DNA of 64,000 nt. It comes from Octopus sinensis (taxonomy: Eukaryota). Below, in pieces: positions 41,280-54,512 of this stretch. The notes under the pieces were generated by a model. It did not search any database. It saw nothing but the letters and a program-made list of their open reading frames with translations, and was not told the DNA's origin. The DNA lies in NCBI RefSeq assembly GCF_006345805.1, contig NC_043002.1:81158001-81222000 (forward strand), written 5' to 3'. Made by a program: the position numbers and the translations under genes. Numbering within the stretch: position 1 is the stretch's first letter; every line of letters begins with the position of its first letter.

Positions 41280-41730
41280 AGGCTGCGAGCTGGCAGAATC
41301 GTTAGCGCGCTGGGCCAAATGTTTACTGGTATTTCGTGTCTTTACGTTCTGAGTTCAAATTCCACCGTGGTCGACTTTGCCTTTCATCCTTTCGGAGTCG
41401 ATAAATTAAGTACCAGTTGTGTACTGGGGTCGATCTAACCGACTGGCCCCCTCCCCAAAAAATGTCGGGCCTTGCGCCTAGAGTAGAAAAGAATTTCTCT
41501 TTCTCTTCTCTCTCTAAAGACGGCGAGCTGGCAGAAACGTTAGCGCGCCGGGCGAAATGCTTAGTGATATTTCATCTGTCTTTACGTTCTGAATTCAAAT
41601 TCTGCCGAGGTCGATTTTACCTTTCATCCTTTCGGAGTCGATAACTTAAGTACCAGATGCGAACTGGCGCCGATCAAATCGACTGTCCTTCCCCTAAAAT
41701 TTCGGGCCTTGTGCCTAGAGTAGAAAAGAT
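41280..41730 (+). mobile_element. Two head-to-tail SINE family B copies
   Basis: Heads gcgagctggcaga at about 41285 and 41524; tails gcctagagtagaaaag. Confidence 0.9.
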
Positions 41731-41894
41731 ATAAACAGAGATCGAAGACAAAGATGGGTAATGAGTACATATACCATCAGTTTTCTCCTTTCTGGTTTTG
41801 AGAAGCTTAATTTCTCGAGATTGCCGAAGCATAACCTTCAAGAGTTTAGCTGAGTAATCAACCCGAGTGCATAACTTTTTTTTTCATATAGTCG

Positions 41895-42238
41895 CAGGAG
41901 TGGCTGTCTGGTAAGAAGCTTGCTTCTGAACAACATGGTTCTGAGTTCGGTCCCACTGCGAGTGGATTTGGTAGACAGAAAGTAAAAGAAGCCAGTCGTG
42001 TATCTCTGTGTGTGTATGTGTGTGCGTTATGTGTTTGTGTTTGTACCACCACTATCGCTTGACAACCGATGTTGGTGTGTTTACGTCCCTGTAACTTAGC
42101 GTTTCGGTATCTGAGATATAATAAGTACTAGACTTACAAGGAATAAGTCCTGGTGTCGATTTGTTCAACTAAAGGCGGTGCTCAAGCATGGCTGCAATGA
42201 AAATGACTGAAACAAGTAAAAAAAATAAAAGAATAAAA
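41895..42238 (+). mobile_element. SINE family A copy with internal deletion
   Basis: ggagtggctgtctggtaag head through gactgaaacaagtaaaa tail. Confidence 0.85.
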
Positions 42239-42434
42239 ACATAAATCGGGTGTTAGTTCTGTTAGTTACTTTTTGCCGATTCGCTAAGTTACAGGGATAT
42301 AAACAAACAACATGGCGAATTACTGAGAAACAAACATAAACGCAAAGACAAACCCGCACACAAACACACACATACTCACTCACACATACATACATACACA
42401 CATACATACATACATACATACATACATACATACA

Positions 42435-42465
<31 letters not shown>

Positions 42466-42658
42466 GGGGGTTGGCAGTATCGCACGCGTGTGTCTGTGTA
42501 TATATGTGTGTGCGTGTGTATTCATATACACCCACTCACCAATAATTTTTCCATCAATCTTTCTATTATAACGTGTGCATGCATACATATATATATACAC
42601 ACATATAAACCTCTACATGTGTGCACACACGCACGTGTATACATACATTCACTCGCGG

Positions 42659-42690
<32 letters not shown>

Positions 42691-43162
42691 CTGGTGACCG
42701 GTACTAAAGACACAATTAATTCATGGGATACGGACAAAATCGCCAGGACAAAACCTCCTCGGACAACTCGACTTGTGAGTGGATTTGGTAGACGAAAACT
42801 GAAAGAAGCCCGTCGTATAAATGTGTGTATGTATATATACGTGTGTGTCTGTGTTTGTTCCCCCCAGCATTGCTTGACAATGTAACTTAGCGGTTCGGCT
42901 AATGAGACCAATAGAACAAGTACTAGGCTTACAAAAAATAAGTCTTTGGGTCGATTTGTCCGACTAAAGGCGGCGCTCTATCATGGCTGCTGTCAAATGA
43001 CTAAATCAAATAAAAGAACATTATAAATATATATATATATATATAGATAATATATATTATATATATATTATATATATATAATTATATATATATAGATATA
43101 TAGAGAGAGATGAGAGAGAGAGAGGAGAGAGAGAAGATAGATAGATAGATAGATAGAAGAAG

Positions 43163-43194
<32 letters not shown>

Positions 43195-43341
43195 GATATG
43201 CACGCGAAAGAGAGACATAGACGGATAGATAGATAATAATAGATAGATAGATAGATAGATAACTTTCTTTCTTTTATTAGCCACACAGGGCTGAATACAG
43301 AGGGGACAAATACAAATGCAGAGCTTTTCTTTTCGAGGGTG

Positions 43342-43372
<31 letters not shown>

Positions 43373-43580
43373 TAAGGTGCGATCAAAAGGGATCGAGAGG
43401 AGGAAAAAAAAGGAAAATCGTGTATCACAGAAATAATGGTGTAAACATTGATATAACAAGATTGGGTTCATCCGTGGGAAGAAAAGCCTACAGAAAAGAC
43501 CACGGGAACCCAGTCAGGGAGGAAATAAACACATGAGGTCAAAAATGCTCTCTTTTTTTCTTTTTTACGATCTACAGGAT

Positions 43581-43680
43581 NNNNNNNNNNNNNNNNNNNN
43601 NNNNNNNNNNNNNNNNNNNNNNNNNNNNNNNNNNNNNNNNNNNNNNNNNNNNNNNNNNNNNNNNNNNNNNNNNNNNNNNN
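43581..43680. other. Assembly gap (100 N)
   Basis: Direct reading. Confidence 1.
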
Positions 43681-43779
43681 GTCAGGTTCGGCGTATGCTA
43701 ACAGGGCATCCTGTTTTTCTGTTTCTTCTTCTGCGTCACGCTTCACTTGCAACTTAGCCTCGTGGTGGCCAGTGGCCAT
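43681..43779 (-). CDS. Probable 5' coding segment of an unidentified gene, truncated by the gap
   Basis: ccaaaATGG Kozak context; MATGHHEAKLQVKRDAEEETEKQDALLAYAEPD in non-repetitive, relatively GC-rich sequence; in-frame upstream acceptor tttcatttag ending at 43795. Confidence 0.5.
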
Positions 43780-44011
43780 TTTGGAAATAAATGGCTAAAT
43801 GAAACCACGAAGGCTATGAGAATTTTTCTTTTAAATTTTGCCCACAAGGGCAAAATTTTGTGTTGATATTTATCAAAGTTTACAGTGGATGTGTTGTACA
43901 ACTTTTAAGCAAAAAATGTTTGTCAATATACACTTTTAATAGTCAAAATAATGATTACCTTCGGAGCCGAAACGACATCACATCCGTCAGTCAGAGATAG
44001 ATAGATAGATT

Positions 44012-44048
<37 letters not shown>

Positions 44049-44659
44049 AGATAGATAGATAGGTATGTGTATGTGTGTGTGCGCTGGTGTGTATGTGTTT
44101 GTGTCTGTGTCTGTGCTTGTGTACTTTACACCGCTCTAAGAACAAACAATACAGAAGAGTCCAGACTAAGTACACTGACTTTTCGGTGAAATTGATTTCT
44201 CAATAAAACCGACATAAAACAAACATAACAGCAACATAAAACAAGTATAAAAATCAACATAAAACTAACATAAAACAAATATAAAAGTAATATGAAATAA
44301 ATATAAAGCAAAATGAAAATTACAACAGTAAAAATATGACAGGTTGGTTAATGTTGCTTTGTTTTTGTACTAATTATTGTTGTTTGTTTTATGTTTTCTG
44401 TTTTATGGGGTGGTTTTCTGCTATGTTTTTTTTTTCGTCGTCGTTTGATTCATGAGATGTTGGTAGTGTGTGTGTGTGTGTATCTGTGTGTGTATGTGTG
44501 TGTGTGTGTGTGTCTGCGTGTGTGTATGCGTGTGTGTATGCGTTAGTATTAGTGTGTGTGTGCGTTAGTATTAGTGTGTGTGTGCGTGCATGTGTGAGTG
44601 TTAATGTGTGTGTTAGGGTGTGTGCGCGTGTGATTTTTTATTATGATTTCGAAGGACTT

Positions 44660-45127
44660 ATCAATGACGACGAACTAGATGATGATGATGATGATGATGA
44701 TGATGGTGACGGTGATGGTCTTGGCGGTAGTGTTGTTGTTATTAGTATTATTGGTGGTGGTGGTGGTGGTGGTGGTGGTGGTGGTGGTGGTGGTGGTGGT
44801 GGTGTGGTGGTGTTGTGCTGAAGTGCTGTTACTTCTAAAGAGGAGGGGATAAATGTGATTCTGGTGATGGTGATGGTGGTGGTGGTGGTGGTGTTGTTCT
44901 TCTTCTTGGTGGTGATGATGATGAATATGGGGATGAGAACAGCGGTTGCTGGTGATGATGATGATGATGATAATGATGAATTTGATTGTGGTGATGGTGA
45001 TGGTGGTGGCGGTGGTGGTGATGATGATTATGATGATGATGAGAGAGGATGATAGTGGTGGTGGTAAAAATGATGACGATGATGATGATGTTGATGAAGA
45101 TGATGATGATGATGATGATGATGGTGT

Positions 45128-45162
<35 letters not shown>

Positions 45163-45360
45163 TTGATGGTAATACGATGGTGGTGACTGGGATGAGGATG
45201 ATAGTGGTGGTGATGACAGTGGCGCTTCTGGTGATGATGATAACGGTAATGTAGTTGAGGCAGAAGTGGATACTAATGGCAGAGGTGGCGGGGTTCGTAA
45301 TAATTGTAATAAGCACAGAGATGATGATGATGATCATCATCATCATGCTGGCAGTGATGG
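44660..45360. repeat. Compound (GAT)/(GGT)n triplet array
   Basis: Direct reading. Confidence 0.95.
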
Positions 45361-45610
45361 GGAGGGGTGGGGTGGTGGCTGCACTTACTGCAACTATTGA
45401 CAGTCAGAACAATAGTAATTCTACCACAACCGACTACAATACCACAGCGAGCAAACGAGTGCGCTACTACCTGGTTGCTAAACTTGCTGGAAATAGCAGC
45501 CAATTATAGTTCTATCAAATATAGCTCCTTCCGAGTTTCTATTTTTCTTCTTCTTCTTCTTCTTCTTCTTCTTCTTCTTCTTCTCCTCCTCCACTTTTCT
45601 TCTTTTTCTT

Positions 45611-45668
<58 letters not shown>

Positions 45669-45812
45669 CACTACTACTACTACAAATACTTCATATTCTT
45701 CCTCCTCCTGTTTTTAAATTTATTTTTTCTCTCTTTTTCTTCTTCTTTCCCACCTCCTCGCTCCTTTGCTGTTTCTTTTATTCTTTTTATACTTTTTCTC
45801 TACTCTTCATTC

Positions 45813-45873
<61 letters not shown>

Positions 45874-46351
45874 TTTCCTCGTACTATTTCTTTTTCTTCC
45901 TCTTCTTTTCCTCCTTCTCCTCCTCCACATAGCGGCTGCACCCAAAATACATTTCGCGAAGCTGCCCCAGATATCTCCGTCCACTGACTTTGGCAGATTC
46001 TTAATTTCTCATTTTTCTCAACGAAGTCGATGAGTGGCATTTATTGTCGGTTAGGCCGAACGAGTTTCCAAAATATAACATCGAATACGGCCTGTTCTTC
46101 AGCACGATTGCAGTGGCCAGTAAAGCCTCCCAGAACTGAGCATCGGCGGCAATGATGGATAGAATGTGTCCATTAATCTCCTCATTGGTTTTGTACTAAG
46201 GTCATGAGAAGCCTGGTACACGTGCCTTTAAAGCACTCTTGAAGCTACGTCTTCAGAAACAAATTTTCGGTTTCATGGAGAAGAATGATTTCTAGTCATG
46301 CTCTACGAAAAGGTCAATCTTGGTAACTTTGAAGACGGAACACTAGTATCC

Positions 46352-46394
46352 GATCCCTGATGAGACGCTAATGCAGATCGAAACTAACCAGATC
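46352..46394 (+). ncRNA. Degenerate minimal hammerhead-like motif
   Basis: GATCC-CTGATGA-GA..TC-GAA-ACTAAC-C-AGATC; two transitions away from a palindromic ACTAGT stem III. Confidence 0.4.
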
Positions 46395-46832
46395 ACATTT
46401 ATCTATATTTTTAATACGTTAGTTACTTAGTGAGTGAGTGAGTGAGTGAGTGAGTGAGTGAGTGAGTGAGTGAGCGAGCGAGTGAGTGAGTGAGTGAGTT
46501 AATGGGTGAGTTAGTTAATTAGCTTCTACCACAGAGGAGAAAATTTCATTTAACCACGGTGTATATGTTTTAATACCAAGGTTAATGCTGTGTTTCATTA
46601 AAACAGACACCCGCCGGTTATCCGGATATTTATATTTATATTTATCCTACCATTTTCGGTTTGTATTAATTGCACAAATAATTATGCGTACTAGGCTTAC
46701 AAAGAATGAGTCTTGGGGTCAATTCATTCCACTAAAACCCCTTAAGGCAGTTCTCCAGCATGGCCACATTGAAATGACTGAAGTAAGTAAAAGAATAAAA
46801 AACCAGAATCCTTATCTTGTGTGAGGATAAAG

Positions 46833-47232
46833 GTGAGAAGCAGTTGAGGGAAAGAACAAGTTCGGCCAGACGAAGAAGTGTGGAGGTGTCAGGTTAAGGG
46901 TCAGGGCGAAGGTCTAAGAAGTGTTAAAGCGCAAGAAGTCCTTCATGCGCGGGATCACCGTATATAGACTTTTGATATCAAGCGTGATATCAACAGAGGT
47001 TGAGAGGGGCCAAAACGGAAGGAGAAAGAGTTAAACAGACGGAGAGCATGGTTGATGTCATGGAAGAGGGAGGGAAGGGAAACACTAGAGGTGGGGGAGA
47101 CGGTCGAGGTATTTTGAGATCATTTCTGTGGGACAATTGCAGGCGGAGACGATGGGGCTGCCAGGGTTGTTGGGGTGCGAATTTTGGGAAGGAAGTAAAT
47201 AGTTGGGGCGGAGTACGGACAATGAGGTTTTA
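46833..47232 (-). mobile_element. Penelope-like element reverse transcriptase fragment (pseudogene)
   Basis: Frameshifted translation IYFLPKI / PNNPGSPIVSACNCPTEMISKYLDR / HDINHALRLFNSF / TLDIKSLYTVIP / HEGLLAL*HFL / DTSTLLRLAELVLSLNCFS matches hallmark PLE RT motifs. Confidence 0.88.
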
Positions 47233-47357
47233 TACATATATATATATGTGTGTGTGTGTGTGTTATGCATACGAATATATTCAGAGAGAGAGAGGGAGGG
47301 AGAGAGAGAAAGAGAAAGAGAGACTGTGTATAAACAACACATAAATAATAAATATAT

Positions 47358-47505
47358 AGGTGCCGTGGAGCTTAGTCGTTAAGATACTGGATTCATGATC
47401 ATAAGATTGTGACTTCGATTCCTTAATCAGGCAATGCGTTGTGTGTTCTTGAACAAAGCACTTTATTTCACGTCGCTCAGCTGGCAGAATGAGTAATTTT
47501 GCGAC
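47358..47505 (+). mobile_element. SINE family C, diverged 5' part
   Basis: Colinear with 33837-34042. Confidence 0.75.
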
Positions 47506-47726
47506 GGACAAACAACAAGATAGCATGCACATATAACGTATGGGATTGACGTTCCGTAAAAAGAGAGAGTTTTTGGCGTTTCGAGCATAGGTCTTCACAA
47601 GAAAGGAAAACGGAAAACTCCAAAGGGTGAAAAATCATCAACATCACGCGTGTAATTACTTTGCTGAGGTGTATATATATATAGAGAGAGAGACACACAC
47701 ACACACACATACACGTGCATACACGC

Positions 47727-47795
<69 letters not shown>

Positions 47796-48019
47796 GATGC
47801 AACCCCACTGGCTAGGTGGGTAGGCCAACATTGCCCCTGAATTGAATGTTAATCTAACGCAGGCTAGCAATTTACAGCAGAGTAGACTGGAGCAGCGTGA
47901 AATAAAGTTGTTTTTCCTGAAGAGCAAAACGCACGGCTAGTCTAGCATTTGAAACCACGATCTTGCAAGCAACACCTTAACAACTAGACAACGTGACTTC
48001 TCACAACACACACGCACAA

Positions 48020-48052
<33 letters not shown>

Positions 48053-48595
48053 ACACACATGCACACACACACACACACTCACATATGTATGTGTAATAAT
48101 ATCCATTTGATAACATTATGTCTGATTGCAATAAGCGACTCCTGTTATATGTGGTTCACTTACAATCTCCGTGTCCTTTCTGTTATAGTACATTCAGTGC
48201 TACTTTTTTCAAACCAGCATTTGTATTCATTTTAAGATGATGAGGTTAGATAGATTTTACAGCTAATTATAGCAGTTCGATCCATCGAATATGGACAACC
48301 CACTTTTGCTTGAGTGCGTTGTGTATTTGGTGTTTGGGTGTGTAGATTTATACATGTGTGTGTGTGTTTGTGGATGTATGTGTGTGTATGTGTGTGAATG
48401 TGTGTGCGTGCGTGCGTGTGCGTGTGTTTGTAGAACTGGACAATAAAATTCTATTCGATACCCTTTATATTTGTAATTTTATTTTTTGCATTAAAATGGC
48501 AGCCAATAATGCAAAAATAAAGACGAGCACGTGAGTATTCATATCTTTCTATACATACAAGGGCATACAAATGCACATACACACACACACACACG

Positions 48596-48635
<40 letters not shown>

Positions 48636-48654
48636 ATATATATTATATATATAT

Positions 48655-48688
<34 letters not shown>

Positions 48689-48886
48689 AACATACATTTC
48701 TGTACATAAATGTGTTATGTATGTGGGCATACATTTCATATATGTGTATGTGAGTGTGTGTATACACTCACACATATATATTTACAATATACATACATAC
48801 ATACATATGTGTGTATATGTGTGTGTGTATTATAACTACATACGCCTTATTCATTTTCAATATATGCTATATAATATATGTATAAA

Positions 48887-48955
<69 letters not shown>

Positions 48956-49189
48956 AAACACACACGTATACAAGCATTTATATACGTATATATAAATATA
49001 TATATATGTGTGTGTGTGTGTGAGTGTGTGCGTGTATACATATATATGTGATTATTTATAGATAAATAGATGATGAGGGGTTTGTATTTGTGCATATACA
49101 TACATATGTGTGTGTGTGTGGTGTGTGTGTGTGTGTGTGTGTGTGTACACTTAAAAGCATACATACGTATGTACGTACATAAGTGTGTT

Positions 49190-49229
<40 letters not shown>

Positions 49230-49819
49230 GAGAGAGAGGAAGAGAGAGAGAGCTGAGCGATGCCTATGCTAACATGACCAGCGAATTCGCAACAATTCTC
49301 TAGTGGTTATTTTGCACTAATTACTGATGGTATCCCTTGCTGGTGGGGTGTTCTGTTTGGCTTCAGTGAATGCATAATAATCAATACTTGTAGATTATTG
49401 AATGTGATAGCAGATAAACCGCAATGTGAGATTGGGTTAACAATATAATTATGACCAAGAGCTGGACGACGAACAAACGTACATCAGGGCGCATGTTCTG
49501 CAAGAAATTCTATTCTGTGAAGTACGATGAAATAGAGGAAACTCCTTACTTCGTTGAAGAATACAGACGTGTATTTGGTTATGGCTTTTTGTATTAGCCT
49601 TATTTATATGTAAATTAAATGAGTTTAATATGAGTATGTCTATGCTTGTACATTTGTTTGGACCAGGCATGGCTGTGTGGTAAGAAGCTTGCTTCCCAAC
49701 CACATGGTTCCGGGTTCAGACCCATTATGTAGCACCTTGGGCAAGTGTCTTCTCTATAGCCTGCCTTGGGCCTTGAGGGTGGATTTGGTAGACAGAAACT
49801 GAAAGAAACCCGTCGATAT

Positions 49820-49874
<55 letters not shown>

Positions 49875-49876
<2 letters not shown>

Positions 49877-50065
49877 GTTAATCCAAACATGAAAACATAA
49901 AGAGAAAACACAACAACGCGAGGACGTGGAACAAGTGTAGTATTAATGGACGCTCAGGAAAGAAGGAAAGAAGGAGGGTTTAACGTTTCGAGCGGAGCTC
50001 TTCGTCAGAAACATGGGAAAAGGAAAGATTCAAAGAAGGGAAGACGGAGGAAAAAAAATCGCCAA
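49875..50065 (-). mobile_element. Penelope-terminus-like repeat (family P)
   Basis: Pyrimidine-rich leader, hammerhead, then ttcctgagcgtccattaatac tail similar to 28490-28640. Confidence 0.65.
49978..50012 (-). ncRNA. Minimal type-I hammerhead ribozyme motif, intact core
   Basis: GTTT-CTGACGA-A-GAGC(TCC)GCTC-GAA-ACGT-T-AAAC; all core residues present, stems I and II perfectly paired, palindromic stem III. Confidence 0.82.
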
Positions 50066-50480
50066 CGGTACCGCGGCTTAAGTCGTTCTCGATTATACGT
50101 CAGTTTCTCAAAAATAATATATGGAAAAATAAAAATCCAGTTAAATCATTTTAGTCGACTTTACGTCTGTCCGCCACAAGTATTGGAATCGTAAAATCAA
50201 TAAAATGACCGTTAAAAGCACATAAAATTATGTTACTGTACAATAAATAAGAATAAAATTATATAAAATCATATTAAAGTATGTACAGCAAATGTTAAGA
50301 CACACACCATAATGTAGTGTAGCTTAGTGAACGAAATCACAAAATCAGCTGTTTTGTCTTATTTATCCGTCTTTCGGAACTCATTCTAATTCCAATATTG
50401 TTTTGAATTCAGGTTTGTTTACCTCCGTTTATCTGTTACTTTCTCATTCTCATTCATTTGTGATTTTCTTTTTTGACCCC

Positions 50481-50591
50481 ATGGCTCATAATAAAATTCA
50501 TAATGAAAGTGCCAAGCGTCATGCTATAACGTTGGAAGATAAACTGGCTATGATAAAACGCCATGAAACATGTGAAAAAGTTGTAGCAATA
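50481..50591 (+). mobile_element. Tigger/pogo transposase N-terminal fragment (CENP-B-like HTH)
   Basis: MAHNKIHNESAKRHAITLEDKLAMIKRHETCEKVVAI matches the KRxxITLExKLxxIKRHExGEK pattern; truncated at (TA)n. Confidence 0.75.
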
Positions 50592-51009
50592 TATATATAA
50601 ACAAAACATTCAAACACTAAGGTTTCACGTGAGCTTTCACTATTGTTAATATCATCTGTGGATAAAATTTAAAATTGATGGTATCAACAGTAGTAACATG
50701 GGGGTGTTCACAAGCAAAAAGCATTATTTAACTATAAATTACAAAATAGTACGAAGCATATGGATAGGTGGTTAACACTGAAAAAGCTCAAGGATTAGAT
50801 ATCCAAAAGCCGAAACTTGGGTATGTGAATGTCCTAAACGGCATAATCTTTCACTGTAGTGCTTTTGAATGTATTAATTTTCCCCTTATTTCTCTGTTGT
50901 CTTGGTGCTTTACGGTGGTTTAATTAAGACCTTAGCTCTTCTTTCTAGCAGCTTGATGCCTTTCTGCATCCTTACGCTTCGTGCTAATTTGTTTTATATT
51001 ATATATATA

Positions 51010-51088
<79 letters not shown>

Positions 51089-51532
51089 TGTACGTATGCG
51101 TGTGTGAGTGTGTGTGTGTGTGTATGTGTGTGTCTGTGTGTGTATGTATTTATACATAACACAAAGAGGTTAAAGTTCGCTACAGCTGTTTTCAGACGTT
51201 TTTTCTTATTGATAATAACCGATAACATCAATGTGTTAGAAACGAAAACTTAGAATTTAAAATTTGGTTCAGAAAAACGTCAAGATATGGAATGTGTGTT
51301 GGCGCTCTCAATTTGGCAAAATGACACTGCTTGACAACCGGCGTTGATTTCTTTACGTCCTCGTAACATTATGGCTCGGTATAGAGAGAAGTTAGAATAT
51401 GTAAAAAGCTATAAAAAAAACTAAGGCATAGTGGCAGTGGCGGAGCGATTTTTTCGACTAAATCCTTCAAGGTAGTGTCCTAGTATGGCCGTAAGCTAAT
51501 GAGTGAAACAAGTAAAAGATAAAAGATAAGAT

Positions 51533-51632
<100 letters not shown>

Positions 51633-51868
51633 ATAGATTTAATTATTCAGATACACTTATGTATTACAAATTCCTTCATAAAATCCCAGATAAACCTCCT
51701 ACACCCGGATATGTCTCCGTAAACCAATAACTCCCTACTTGCGTAGGCCATGTTGTCCGATTCCTGATTTGAATGACTTCGCGCCAGGTGATGCTTGCGC
51801 CAATACTGGCCAAAACCTATCAAAGCATATATATATATATATATATATATATAAGAGAGAGAGAGAGA

Positions 51869-51908
<40 letters not shown>

Positions 51909-52027
51909 AAACGTAATATATATTTGTAGACAAAAGTTTGAGAGAGAATTAGATATTTTGATATATAGATACGTGCGTATGTCTATGGTTAAATGCACAT
52001 ACATTCACATGGACAGCGATGGATGAA

Positions 52028-52063
<36 letters not shown>

Positions 52064-52610
52064 TCTCTTTCTTTCTCTCGCTCTCATTGTGTTTGTGTGT
52101 CTCTCTGTATATACATATATACATATATATTTATATATATATTTGTCCAGTTCCTTGTTTTGTATTTATGTTTTCGTTTCTCATTGTGTTCGACGTTTTT
52201 TTTTTTTGGTGTCCTGTACCCATATATGCATGTATATATACATGTAGAGGTAGGTACGTACATATATGTATGTATATATGCATATGTTTTATTTATTGAT
52301 TTATATATATACATACATACATACATACATACATACATACATACATACATACATACATACATACATTCAAGTAAAACATATCTGGATACTTTCAGAGAAA
52401 TGAATGTTATAGATAGTTACACGAGTAAAAAAGTAACTCGCATGCACCTTACATGTATGAATATTTATATGATGTTTATATGATTGTGCATATCTATAAG
52501 TACGTGTATATGTAATATATCTCTGTGTGTATGTACACATGCACATTATATTCATATGTACTTAATATATTTCCAAACACATATATACGCGCACACATGC
52601 ATGTAAATGT

Positions 52611-52677
<67 letters not shown>

Positions 52678-53930
52678 ATATATATACATATATATAATAT
52701 AATATAATATATAATATATATATGTAATTTCATATTCATCTATATAAATATACAAGTATGTATATATATATGTGTGTGTGTGCGTGTGAGTTTATATGTA
52801 TATATATGTTTGTGTGTGTATATATGTGTATATGCGAATGTGGTGCGATATACACGCATATATATATATATATATATATATGCATATAAACGTGTGTGCT
52901 GTGTAGCCTGCCTTGTGCACACGCGAATGTACATATGTGGGTATATGTGCGTGTATATATGTATGTGTTGGCGGTGCGTTTGTGTTATGTGGGTGGTGTG
53001 AGTGGTTGATATGTTGTTTGCTAGTTGGTGTTTATATTTGTTCTTATAGGATAGATAGTGGGTTTTGTTGAGGACGCTGTATTTATTTAGCCTATTAATC
53101 ATCTCTATTTTCCTCCATGTCTCCAATTAATATCTGGCTATATAAACCTCATAGCGTTCTGTTTTATTTGGCCAGTTTTTCTTTTTTATCATTTATTTTT
53201 CATTTTTTTTTTCTTATTTTCTATTTCCCTGCTTAACAAATTATTTATTAAAGAGGAAAATACAAGTTATCTTGATCCAGAATTAGTGACCAATCACCAT
53301 TTAATTATAGCAACCAGCTTTAAGTCAAATAGTCGATTTGGTTTCGTTTCTCGGTGGAAAACTCGAATTTGTTTCATTTATGCAAGAAACTGTCCTTGTG
53401 AAAATCATGAATGACACGGTATCTTATTTCTGCTCTCAAAACACTATTTCAGATCTATTATGTGTTGTTCGTCTTCAGTTGAAACCAACGTTAACCTGAC
53501 TTTTGTGGTAAGCCATGCAGAGCAAGAAGTTATCTCCATCCGTATTGATTATTCGAGCCAGTTTGAAATCACAGTCAAGTAACCGAAACTAATATTGTGA
53601 GAACAGCATGATCGTTAGTGAACCTTATTTGCTTCTTGTATAATTTCGTGTTAATTGTGATCACCATCCTCTGACAATTATGGAGCATTAGTAGAGTCAG
53701 CTGAGCGTTGGGCAAAATAATTTGCGGTATTTAGTTCCAGTTCTTTATTTTCCGAGTTTCAAATTCTGCCGAGGCTAGCTTTACTCCCATTACTGAAGTG
53801 TCGATAAAATAAAGTTTCAATCAAATTCTAAAGTCTATTTAATCGATTGATACCGATAACTCCCGGATTTTTTTTTTTCAGAAAAAGACGTCAATGGAGA
53901 ATCCTAAAATAATCATTTTAATACTACTTG

Positions 53931-54252
53931 AAGGCTCGTAGTTTAGTGGTTAGTGTATTCAGCTCACGATCGAAAGGTCGTGCGTTCGATTCCCGGTGAC
54001 ACGTTGTTTCCTTACGCAAGACATTTTATTTTCACGTTGCTCCAGTTCACTCAGCTGGCAAAAATTAGTTATACCTGTAATTCAAGGGCCAGCCTTGTTA
54101 CCTTATGTGTCACTATGAATCTTCCGGCGAATTTCACTTAAAGTAAGCGTGTTTGTGGAGTTCTCAGCCACTTGCTAGTTAATTTCACGAGCAAGCTCTT
54201 CCGTTGATTGTATCAATTGGAACATTCGTCGTCGTAACCGACGGAGTGCCAA
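53931..54252 (+). mobile_element. SINE family C-related copy with longer 3' part
   Basis: tagtttagtggttag / gcgttcgattccc boxes; ttttcacgttgctccagttcactcagctggc body. Confidence 0.8.
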
Positions 54253-54407
54253 TTAATACTGCTTATGCATTCTTTTAAGAGTGAAAGTGCGCTTAAACCA
54301 CCAGGGCCGCATTAATCACGACGCTCAGCACTTACTCTCCAGAACGCCAACCGTGGGAAATCACACCACCTCTTGCACGTGTCATCGTTCCTTCGGGTTT
54401 TTGACAG

Positions 54408-54512
54408 TCAAGGGTTCAAGAAGACCATCAATAGCATTAATCTCGAAAGTCTTCGAGGGCGTGAAAAATACACTGGCGCCGCCCCTTTCACAAGGACACA
54501 ACAAGTAAAATG
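54408..54512 (+). CDS. Candidate symmetric phase 2-2 exon (105 nt), unknown protein
   Basis: gggtttttgacag|T...AAATG|gtaaga; only one frame open: QGFKKTINSINLESLRGREKYTGAAPFTRTQQVK. Confidence 0.3.

Noticed and set aside
43945-43980. ggagccgaaacgac resembling the 3' half of a hammerhead
   Set aside because: CUGANGA half absent (ataatga) and stem II unpaired
45930-46250. GC-richer block with partial minus-strand frames
   Set aside because: Probably a decayed TE, but no motif could be assigned
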